Shown: one piece after another, positions 12,820-24,100 of the stretch
How the letters are laid out: each line of letters begins with the position of its first letter
How positions within the stretch are numbered: the stretch's first letter is position 1
Source: Podarcis cretensis
Lineage: Eukaryota
DNA: 64,000 bases
Direction of reading: 5' to 3'
NCBI GenBank assembly: GCA_951804945.1
Contig: OX638152.1
Coordinates: 43,772,001 to 43,836,000, forward strand
The notes under the pieces: model-generated
What the model was told of the DNA's origin: nothing
Databases searched by the model: none
The model's input: the letters and a program-made list of their open reading frames with translations, nothing else
Program-made: the position numbers and the translations under genes

Positions 12820-15496
12820 TGTAGTTTCCCAGGTCATGGTTGTCTACACTAAAAATGGAAGGAGCCTGTATGAACAGCCCATTGTAGCCTGCTACTTCTT
12901 ATGTCAAATGTATGTAATTTAAAGAACTGGTACATGTTTATGGCTGTCTTAGTTGAAGGCACTGGAAATTTGTAAAAGTGCCTTTGTAGCATTCCATTAA
13001 AATAAAGGTCCATTACTGCGAGCCATTATCAACTCCCATATGGAAACTAGAAAGGAAATCCACAGCAAAAGCCTCTTGAGGCACTCATGTTTCCCTGTCT
13101 TTTGGTTCTTCAGTTTTCTTCTGTCTACGCATTTTGGTCCCCGAAATAGGTTTGCTGATATGTTTGTTGATCCCTACCCCCACCCCAGGCATAGAAGACA
13201 AAATATTTTAAAAGTCTATTTGAAGTTAATGGGTAATATAGAAGCACAAAAGGATATCACTTACAAGGACTGAACATAAGAGCAAATGCACATCTGACCA
13301 AGTGAGTAAAAAGCTAGTCTAAGGAAGTATTTCATGAAATACCATTGTTAATGACCCAAGTAGATTTAGTAACTTTTCAAGGTTGCTTTCTGATCGTTAT
13401 GCAAATGAAAGCATGCCTGGATTGCAAATCTTTAGAGTCAGCTGTAAATTTTACTTTCCTGTGGAATATAGCATGGGCTGTAAGGAACCACTTCAGTGTG
13501 AAATGAGTTAATAGTTAAAATGGGAGCTCTAAAGCACAGTAGCTGTCTATTGTGCAAAATATTCATATTGAAATAGTACCTTTTGTGACTATATATGGAA
13601 TTCTAGAAAGACAAATTTCATGGCTCTTGAAATACAGGGATTGTGATTAATGATAAATTATGACTTAATGCAAATTTAGAGACCTTATATGAAAATGAAA
13701 AGAATTCATGAATTTGTATCTTGCTAGAAGTGGTCACACATCTTACACAGCTTTTGGGGTGAGGAGAGTTAGATGATGTATTTCCAACAGTGCTATTCAG
13801 TGCTATTAGTTCTACACTGTGACATTCTTTAAGAATTTTGTTGGGAAAGAAGCCAAACTATAAATAAAAATTATAGTAGAAAATTGTATGTTTCAAAGGG
13901 GGGAAAAACAGCTCCGTGTGTAGATACCATATTGGATCATAAGCATAAAGAGTAAAAACGGTGGTATAACCATAAAGTCCCAGGAAATGTAGGCATAATG
14001 TATCACATATTGGCCATATTCATCATTTCAAGCAATCAGATGTGGAATTATGCAACCCTGTACTGTGCTACTTCCTTTAGTTGCGTGAGGTGTGATAAGC
14101 CATAAATTGATGATTAGGTACAGATTGCAACCCAACTGTTTTAACTAATGTTTGGAACATGTTTTAATAATGAGTTTCACACCCAAAAAGGCATTGCATG
14201 CAGTCTGTTGAGACAGCTGAATTAGCTTCCTTTCATTTTCTTTGGGAATTGTTATTTCTTATAGTAGCAAGATCACCACCAGATGGTAAGGAATGCATAT
14301 GGAAAATTGGCCATAGATACAATGTCAATGTTGTCAAGTAAGAAACAATCATTCGCCCGAACTAAAATCAATTGCATCCACTGGTCTTTATATAGGATTT
14401 GTTCTCACAAAAGGCAACAAACACTTTCTAAGATGCTGATAGGCTTAATTCAGATGAATCTCATAGGCAGTGGTGGCTGGATGGTACATAGTACAAGCCA
14501 CAGTATTGCCCTGCCAAGGGGAATGATAAGAAAAAAATGTAGATCTTCACAAAAACCAGAAAGTCACAATCCTTCCAATCTCATATACTCCTTAGCCTTC
14601 CATTTTACATCAACAGCATTGCTCAGCCAAGTCTAATCAAATTCCTGTCCATCCCAACTGTCTCCAGTTAGAAGAACCAATTTTTATTATTATTAAAAAA
14701 GCATTTTATTTGTGTTTGCACAAGCAGTTTCCCACCCACTCCTGTTGTCACGAGAGCAGGACACAGGAGCTAATATACAGCTACAGCACACAGATAGTCC
14801 TTGTATGACATTAGCAGGTCTGCCTCAGGATATGTGATCTCAGGATGCTTAGAGCTGTTTCCTGGAAGGCCACACCTCACCAGGAGAAGCAGCAAAGAGT
14901 GATTTCTACTTTGCGGTACTTGTTTTGCAGCACTGGTAGAGAAAGAGCACACACACAAGCAAGGAATGCTGAACACAGCAGGAGTCCTTTTCTATAATAA
15001 ATGTTTTAATAGGTACCTATATTTATAATATAACAAATATTAAGCAAATATATTTTCCTGAATGAGGGGACAGGGAAAATAAATGGTGGTTGGCTTGTGC
15101 ATGTTTTGCAACCAACTCTGTATTAAAAGCTACAGCGGCTGATAGGTGAGACAGGGCATGCTGATCTGAGCCATATGGAATTCCAGAGTAATTTTCAAAA
15201 TACTTTCAAAAGAAGGGGTGGGTGTGCATGGTGGTTTGTCCTCAGCATACAATGAAAACTATATAATGAAGGTAATTAGATGCACCACTGAGAGGAGGGG
15301 AATTCCACAGCTCAGAAGCTGCCACAGTGAGTGTGCAGCCACTGAGGGCTGTACAAAGGGGGCCCATCCAAGATTGTAGGGAAGAAGGCAGTTTTTCAGG
15401 AATTTCATGTCTGGGTTGTTTAGGGTTTAAGCACTGTAGTAGATTGTCTTAGGAAAGACAGAAGAAACCCGGGAACTAAACAAACTACAAAAATAT

Positions 15497-16099
15497 TGTT
15501 ATAGATAGGGGGCGGAGGCTAAACCCTAGAAATTAACAAATGGTAGGATTTTGATTATTTGGGGCATGAATGGAGAAATACAAGCCGCAGAGGAATTCCT
15601 GAGCTAGCCTATGCAAAATGGCCTGGCCAAGCTAGGGCTATTAAGAAACAATACAGGGCCATTGAGAGCCATTGGCAATGCAAGAGAACTGTCCCCCCCC
15701 CCAGCAATGAGGTGTGAAGAGAGATGGGTTTGGAAGCTTGCCATGGTAACTGGGTGTGAGGTGACAGGAAAAGAGAGTGTTATGGGAAGAAGGAAGAGAA
15801 AAAGACTAGGATACATCTTGGGAAGGCTAGCTGAAGGCTGACAGGAAGAGATGCTTTGAACTCCATGGCTGCACTGCTGTGGGGGTTAAGCTCCTTTTGA
15901 AATAACCATGCTGTAAGATCTGGCTTCCCTCCATGCAGTCAGAAGGTGTAAATAGGTACCATATTTCTTAAAGTTATTACAGTCTCCGCCGTGTCTCAAT
16001 TCTTCAAAGGAACACAGACCCTGGGTGACTGTCTGGAACCCCCCTGGGATCTTGCTATCGCTCGACAGTGAGTGAGGGTGGCACCCAACTTTTGTAACA
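15497..16099 (+). mobile_element. Solo LTR (603 bp)
   Basis: Termini TGTTA...TAACA with a 4-bp TSD ATAT at 15493-15496 and 16100-16103. The last ~150 bp resembles the end of 58627-59447. Confidence 0.75.
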
Positions 16100-17170
16100 A
16101 TATATAGAAAGGATTTCCAAAGATATTGAAATAAAAACAGTGTGCTTAGGTTTGTGCATTAAAGCAGCATAATGTCTAATCCAACACTAGTTAAACACTA
16201 TATTTTGTCTCCACAGATTGGCTCAGCCATCTGGTTATACAAGTGGGAGAATTATCCACTGGGTCTCCCTGGGTGATCTTGCATACTATTTTTTATGTTC
16301 CTCAAATACTTCGAGTAACTGCTCAGTGGTAAAATTATGAGTATATCTACTTGCTAGAAGCAAAGATGGTACTTTCCCATCCATCTGATGAAAACAAACT
16401 GTTCCTCCTAGTAACTGATAGTTTTTCCTTTTATAGTTCTAGGTACTTAGTTGTCTCTGCAGAGGAATAGATAAACTAAGAAAAGAAGAGGCAGCACATG
16501 TAGGAAACAATCCTATGCCTGCGTAAAGTTGCCCTCCATTCAACAGCAGGCCTGCTGTTCTGCCTAAGCCTGGAAGACGGAAAACAAGCCTTTAAAAAGT
16601 GAGCCAGGCTGCTAGGTCATGTGGCTGAGTTGAATAGGCTTGGGGCACAGCCTCTATGGGCCAGCCCCCAGCACACCCTGGAATACACATTTTTGAGGAT
16701 GCATACTAGCCTCAGTTAAGTCAGTTTCAGCTCGGCTACCTGAGCTGGGATAAGTGAGTTATGCTGGTGTATCTTTGGCTGAGCTGGGGCTGGGATTTAA
16801 CAACAGCTGAGCCTGGCTGAGCTAGGAAACAGCCAGCTGAGACAGAGATCCACTGCATCCTAAACTTCTCATCCCAGCAGAACTGGCCATAAAATTGCCC
16901 CCTTAAGTGTTAAATCTTTATTTCTCTGAATTTCCCCGAAGGAGGACCAGAAAGGCCCAAAATGTGTTGGAATAATCAGTATCTCTTTTGTCTATCCCAT
17001 TGTGCATACTTGGTTTAATAAAATAACCTTTAAGGTTATTGTTTAATAAAAATTCTAGGTTTGTGATTTATTTCCAGCTAATATTCCTAATTCAATGCAG
17101 CTTGACACATATAACAAACAATTATCTATGTACTGTGTACCATTTTCAATAAATAAAACTATCATATTCT

Positions 17171-17322
17171 ACTGAGATAGCTCAGTCAGTAGAGCATGTG
17201 TCTCTTAATCTCAAGGTTGTGGGATTAAGCCCCACGATGGGCAAAAGATTCCTGCACTGCAAAAGCTTGGACCAGATGACCCTCGTAGTCTATTCCAACT
17301 CTCTAGTTGTATGATTCTATGA
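17171..17322 (+). mobile_element. tRNA(Lys)-like head SINE with CR1-derived tail
   Basis: gatagctcagtcagtagagcatgtgtctcttaatctcaaggttgtggg...cccacgatgggc is followed by a CR1-type end, ttccaactct...atgattctatga. Confidence 0.8.
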
Positions 17323-17520
17323 AGTGGCAAGAGTATCATACTGTGACTGGAGAGACCCAGATTCAAGTCTGCCATCAGCCATACATCTTAGGGGTCAGCC
17401 AGAGTTTCACAGGCCAAATGACAGCGTGGCTGTGAGGAAAAAAGTGACAGGGGAGTGTATGCATGTATTTTGCCTTGAGTTCATTGGAAGAGGAATGGGA
17501 GATAAATATAAGTAATACAA
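17323..17520 (+). mobile_element. Old MIR-like CORE SINE fragment
   Basis: Contains ggagagacccagattcaagtc and ...gccttgagttcattggaagaggaatgggagataaat, similar to 54789-54978. Confidence 0.55.
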
Positions 17521-18700
17521 TATATAAATATGCACACACCTATACATGTGTGAATGTATGTATGTTTGTAATATATATTCCATTCTTACCTATGCAAGTA
17601 AATTTTCCCTGGTTGCGTATATTATTATTGGATTTATATAACAACCTTCATCACAAGATCTCAGGGTGGTTCACAAGATAAGGGTATTAGGTAAAAGCAC
17701 AAATAAATAGTTAAAACAAAAATGTAGTTGCAAATTAATGTATATTAGTGGTTATAGTGACCTATCAGTATGTACCATTACTTAGGAAATATGAAATGCA
17801 AATGGGAAATTTGCTTCAAGTTTATGCATTTAAAGTCAACCACTTTTCTTGGTTGTTTAACTGTGTAATCCTTTAATGTCAGCTCAAAAGTAAGGACCAC
17901 TGAGTTCAAGGAGGCTTACTCCCATTCAGCAGCCTTGTTAAGTACAACATCCGCACAGCCAAAAAGGTAAGGGATTATTGTGTGGATGAGTTACTAATCT
18001 CCACTGGCATCACTAGTCCAGCCATATCATTTTGCACTTCCTATGGAAATGGATGTGCTGAGTGTGTGGGAAAGTGACTGCCATTTCACACCACCACTAG
18101 CAGTAGGAAACAGTAATTTCCCAATAAAAGAAACATTACTTTCAAAAGGTTATCTGTATTATCCATTGTAGGAACAGCTACAGATTTCTAGAGCAAGAAA
18201 TCTGTGGTCTGGGAAGGCCTTTTACAGAGCTACAGAAAGGAACAGAATTATTGTAAAATTAAACTATAAACATGAATGAAATAGTTTCTAAATAAATATA
18301 AGGTTAAATCCAAACCACTTACACATTCACAGCATATTAGCAACAGAAAGCAAACTTATCGTTTTAAGAGACAATGTTAATTCAAAATTAAGTATGTTTC
18401 CTTCCAACAAAAGTTTAATATGATAATCTTAAATGAAGCAATTACTTATAACAGCAGTTAAAACACCCATCAACATTCATAAATATCATTAGACAAAGAT
18501 GCACAATGTGCTGTTAAATCATTCACAACTATGTTAATTGCTGACAATTAAACTGGATGTCCCCATGTATATTAAACTGAACATAAATTTGCAATATGCA
18601 CAATCTCCCTTTATCATCTTGATCATACTTAGTGCGCATATACCTGTGGTTGCCTATTTATATTGTGATTTGCAGGCCAAAACAAAGAAGCATACTGTAC

Positions 18701-18817
18701 CTCGTGTGTTGATGGCTGTTGCCGATGGGACTGTGCTTGTTAAGGCTACAGTGGTTGTGACTGTTGCAGTGGTAAGGGAGGGGATGACAGTGGTGGGAAG
18801 CAAAATGTTGGAAACAT
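18701..18817 (-). CDS. CADM2: CADM2 Thr-rich stalk exon (117 nt, symmetric phase 1-1, probable cassette exon)
   Basis: Boundaries are ttttttccactcaccag|AT GTT TCC ... ACA CGA G|gtacag. It translates to (D)VSNILLPTTVIPSLTTATVTTTVALTSTVPSATAINTR, matching the recalled CADM2 segment DVPNTLLPTTIIPSLTTATVTTTVAITT. It lies within ORF 18654..18875(-). Confidence 0.95.
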
Positions 18818-20329
18818 CTGGTGAGTGGAAAAAAATATAAAATAAAATCATATCATGCAAACAGAGAAGCAGCATAACAATGATTCAATTTGTAAATACA
18901 CATGTGTAGAAAATGTTCAAATTAAAACATGCTTAGCACAGACCAACAAAGATACGGTAGTGCACTTTGAAATTCTTGACATTAGATCACACTCTCTCTT
19001 ATTCTATTCAAACAGCAACAGACAGAATTTTAAACAACCAAAAAGGACTTGTTCAAATGATTCATGTTTCCACAAAGTGGGAGAGTGAATCTGTGACAAG
19101 AATCCTTCTCTTCACTAAGCCATTTTTTAAATGCCTCATACAGTAACAAAGCAAATATAGATGCAACAACATGCTGTGTCAGCATGGGAAGATGAAAACA
19201 CAACACTGTCATGCTAAAATAAACACACATGTTAACAAGAGATGGCTGTATGTTAAAACACCTACTTTCAGACAGACTCAATGAAAGAAAACGGGGGTGA
19301 ATGGCTACTAACTCTAAAAGCTGCTTTATTTGATTTGCTTCTCTTCTTCCACATTTTGTTATAGGAAACAGTCTGCCAAGATCCAGAGCAAAGAACACAT
19401 CAAAATCTTTACCAACAGCCACTGTGAATAAGGGTTACTCAACATAAAGCAATATTTCAGTCAACTTAATTGTATCATTTGAGGACCAACTGTAGAAACT
19501 ATTCATAGTAATGTTAGCATATGTATGATCCATAAAGGAACCTCACCAATAGAAAAACCGAACAAGCATTATCAGTTCTTAGGTTATTTTCCAAATTGAG
19601 TAAGTGCACATCTACACACAAAGCTTAAAGGCCCTGTTGCTAAGTCACATCATAAATTCCCTGTAGCAAAACCTTTTGTGATTTTAATATATAGAGGACA
19701 ATAAAGAGAGAAGTAGGAGGGAGAGAGAAAAAACACCTCTAAAATCTGCACTGCCTAGAGCACTGAAGATCAATGTTCCTTTGTCTAGGAAGACACTGAA
19801 AATAAGAAAAGGCACAGTGGAAAACAACTTCAAATACTGTGAGGCTCAGTTAAACATCTAGGATGCTACATGACTGAAACCAAGCTTCAGAGGAATATGG
19901 TTGCACTCACACAGATACAAACACCATCACTACAGAAGCAGCTAATGGTGGTATCTGTGCAACAAGGGTTTACAAAAAATGGTAATGCAAATAAGAACCA
20001 CAGATTTATTTTCAAGTTTCAAGTTCAGGAACAACTTGTATTAGGCAATAGTATTAATAAAATAATACAGAACATTTATCCATAGTACAAAAATCCATAA
20101 TATAAAAAGGACTTTGTCAAGGTCCTGATCATTAAAACACAGTTTCCCTTGTGCATCTCTGACAGCTCCAATTCGAATATTATTTTGATTTTCTTAAAAT
20201 CCAATTTGCCAACGTCGATGATGTAAGAGAAAGTTATCTGAGACACTAACTCAAATCCAGCTTAATTTCAGATTAAACCTCTGAATCATTACAACAACTT
20301 ATAGCAATTTTATCTAACTCCTTTTTCCT

Positions 20330-21110
20330 GATTTTTTCTTTTTTGCAGCCAGTGCATACAGAGCCACTATGTATGTTATGAAGCTGTTACTGCCACTCAA
20401 AGGAAACTGAACTATTGTTTGCTTGTGCAAACAAAGGTTTCAGAAAGTGATCCCTTGGCTCTCTATATAAGGGGCAGGTTAACAGACAATGAGTGATGTA
20501 TTCCATCTGAGGTTGACTACAAATAAAAATCTATCTGCATATTGAACCCTGTTGTAGCAGCCATCCAAAAGCGTAGAAGCATTTCTTAAGGAAACTGTTA
20601 AGACTTCGGTTAGATAACTAGCTCTAAAATGCTCTGTTCTCAAGAGTGGAAACCATTGGGAGAGGGGCAGAATGGGGTTTCTAATTAGTTGCCGATTCTA
20701 TCCAGAAGAACCAATCCCTTAGTTGACACTTATTCAAGGTCATTGCAAAGCTCCGTTCTGGAAAATAATAGTAGTAAGAAAACACTCAATAGGCATAGTA
20801 GCAATGTTATAAAATATTATTTAACTCAGCAGAGTTAAGGCTATTGCCTTAATTGTTGGCCACTCAGATTCTGTACAAAGAAGAGTAGCTGATATCCCTG
20901 ATAGTAGGGAGTATAGCTTCCCACCCCCAAAAAATTTCTGCAGCGTTTTCAAAACTTTAATGGGGTTCAAATCAGAGTCCCAGACTTCAACGCCACAGAG
21001 CACTTGAGTAAGCACTTTGCTACCAAATATCTTTAGGGCAGGTTCAATCAGCTGCCGTCCCTTATTGTAATAGAATTTCATAATACACAATAGAATTACA
21101 TGTCTGGACA
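20330..21110 (-). mobile_element. Decayed LINE ORF2 C-terminal fragment, RTE-X-like
   Basis: ORF 20821..21090(-) KFYYNKGRQLIEPALKIFGSKVLTQVLCGVEVW resembles the post-RT region of RTE-X. Near 20465-20545 the minus strand gives YADRF...EYITHCLLTCPLYRE, a CCHC-knuckle remnant. Boundaries are approximate. Confidence 0.65.
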
Positions 21111-24100
21111 GACTTGCTGAAATTTATTTTTGTTAGCAGCCATCGATAACAGTACAGCAAGAGGGGACTGCCTGATGTTACGTATACCTTTTAGTTTGCC
21201 AATCAACCAATCTTACAATGAGAAATGGACCATGTAAATTTGTCTTAAGGACCTCATGTATGACCACATAAGGGGACATGTGCTGCTCTGCCCCTTCCCA
21301 ACTACAACTTTACACCAATGTAACTTCTCTCCAACAACAGTCATGCTAAAAGCAATGCTGAGTCTGGTTTCTTGGCCTGCAGTTGTTCTGTCACGGCCAT
21401 ATGTTACCTTGAAGTGGGGCTTAATATTACCAAGTTACACTACTTTAATAGGCCTATAAAAGAATGATGGATAATTTCCAGTGCTCTCCTCCATTTCAAT
21501 GTTTATTGGGCATGAACTAGGTGATATAGTAGTCCTTAGTGGTCCTTAGCAAATCAACCCAATTTTAATATGCTCAGAGTGTTAACAAGGTATTGTCGCA
21601 GTTTCTGTCTGGGGCATGTAAAACATAACAATGTCGTGCTTATTGATGAAGTCCACTGATATTACGAGTAAAAAAAACTACTCCTGTTTTATAGATCCCA
21701 GAGTTGCAGGAATATTTCTGGTCTTTTGACACATACTGGTTTCTTATGAGAAGAAGTAATGACTCTAGCCAGGATTTCTAAATTAATGCCTGTTTTGAAA
21801 TGTAAAGTATGTTAGCTATATAACCTATAAACTAGGCACCTGAGCACCATTTGTTAACCTTCTTTGCTTCAAGCCTTCACCTAGTTACACTTATTTACAT
21901 CCTACTGCATTTAATCAGTAGGATTACTGCATGATCCTAAACATGTTTACTTGAAGCAAATCCCACCGAGTTTAGCAATACTTGCTTGGTGGCAGGTAGG
22001 CTAAATATTGCAGCCTTGTGCATACATAGCTAAGGCATAGTGTTTCAGCCTTTGTCCCAAAGAGTATGATACAACTAGCATGACATTTTGAAAAGGTTCT
22101 CATTCAAAATGTAGCTTTTGCTATAATCATGTGGAAAATGGGAAGAGTTCATGAATAGTTACCATGAATTTCTGCAGACAGAGCCATCAGCAACTCCCTA
22201 CAAATACAGGCCACTTCCCTAGTTTCAGGTGGGATTCAGTCATATTTCAGAAAATTCAGGTTGCACAATTAAAGTTGACTGGGAGGTCTTGAACAACAAA
22301 CACCTTCCTCAAAACAACTGACTTTTTGGTATAAGGAAAGTGATGGCAAAATGCACTAGGAAGCGTGGGATAAAAATTGCTTGATGCAACATCATATAAT
22401 CTGGCCACAATAAGATCAGAATGAGTGTTAAATAAGAGGCATAGCCTGTAAGAAAGAGTGTTGCTCACCCACTATGCATTTTGTATATGATGGGTGTGTG
22501 GGTGCCATATAATCTTACGAGAAACATATCTCATACTTTCCATGTATTGTCTCAGTGATAATAAACAGAACTCACAACGTAAAATACATTTAACTGCTCA
22601 TACACAATACCAAAAGGATAAGCAACCCGACCATTTAATCATAATCACTATTATGTCAATAGGTTGCTTTATGAAATATCAACCACAGAGAGGATGATGG
22701 TTTTAGTCTGATACATGATTTTCTTTAGAAGTATAATATTGCTACAAATATATTGATATATGGTGATATTGATCATTAAGAGACTTGATCCTAAGTACTG
22801 TGAGCAGATCTGTGGACCCATTTCCTTCCCACTGCAGCCACCCCTTGCCTTCAGCTATTCTTGAAGGTTGGGGACCCTCTTCTTCAGAATATCATTCAGT
22901 ACAATGGAGGGGAGAAAGGGAGAACTGGCAGAACTCAAGAGTGTGCCCCTTGCATCAACTTAAGTCTCTTCCTCTTTAGCTAGAGCATTACTGCCGAGAA
23001 CTTTATTTTATATATCTTGGTGGACTTCCAATACTAGGGTTCTTACTATCAAAAGATAAAATCCAATTATTCAAATTTATGGCTGTTCTTCTATTTGCTC
23101 ACCCACCCCTCATTCAATTTCTCTGTATATAAAAATGTAAACAGAAGCTGCAGCTGCCTACCAAAGCAATTCTGCACTTGTGGCATTTCTTTTTTTAAAA
23201 ATCTACCAGCAAAGGAGCGCATGAGTTGGACAATAGCAACTCTAAGCAATATGCAGGGCCTGACCTCACTCAGAATTGAAATGAATCAATTTCCAGATGC
23301 TCTTCCCACACATTTTCGATACTGTGTAGCTCATTGACCCATAACACCCAAATATCCTTTGGTGAAAGGAGGCAGTGGTTCATCCAGAGGGCAGTAGCCT
23401 ACCTGGCCACCATATAAAATACTTGAGGAATATCCCTCCCCCAGATATTCGTCCCCCCCCCAACTTTACTGAACAAGTGAGGAAATGATTCCTGAACATT
23501 CAAAGCAAAAGAGGCACAGTGACAATATGTTGCTATATGCTTTCTAAAAATGTGAACAACATCAGTAAACTTAAAACAGTAATAGCTTTGTTTCAAATTT
23601 CATAATCATTTGTCCCTGGATTTAATGTACACAATTAAATAAGGCATTCATGGCTCCACTTTTAAAATGAATATAATACTAATCAGCTAAAGAGGTTATT
23701 GGAAATAAAACCAATTTTTCAAAAGGAGGATGGGACAGAGGTCATTCCTCTCCTTTTACCTCCCCTCCATCCTACTAGTTTCCTGGGTTGGTAGACCTGA
23801 CTTTAGACAAAGCTCTTTTCAACCTTGGGATATTTCAAGAAGAGTGAAGGGGCTGCAGGAGGCTTCTTGGACGTGACCCTGTCAGCTCTGTTATTACTTT
23901 TCTGTTAGAGCTCAGAAGAACGGGGTTCCACACCAGAGTTTAATGTGGATTTGAAACCTGAGACCCATTGTGGGCATGTGCACAAGTATTTGTTACCAGA
24001 CCAGCAATAATTGAAGTACAAAGTGTGTGCGTGCGGGTTGATAGATAGATAGATGATAGAGATAGTGTTTCTCTCTCACTCCTCCACTTCTTTTGTCACT

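Noticed and set aside
17171-17243. tRNA-Lys-like sequence
   Set aside because: The T-arm and acceptor stem are degenerate and it is fused to a CR1 tail, so it is a SINE head rather than a tRNA gene.
1-18700. CADM2 transmembrane and cytoplasmic exons
   Set aside because: I found no sequence encoding DHALIGGIVAVVVF or EKKEYFI by eye. They are presumably beyond the window start.
18538-18840. Plus-strand hydrophobic ORF (VVVTVAVV) resembling a membrane protein
   Set aside because: It is the antisense shadow of the Thr-rich CADM2 exon.
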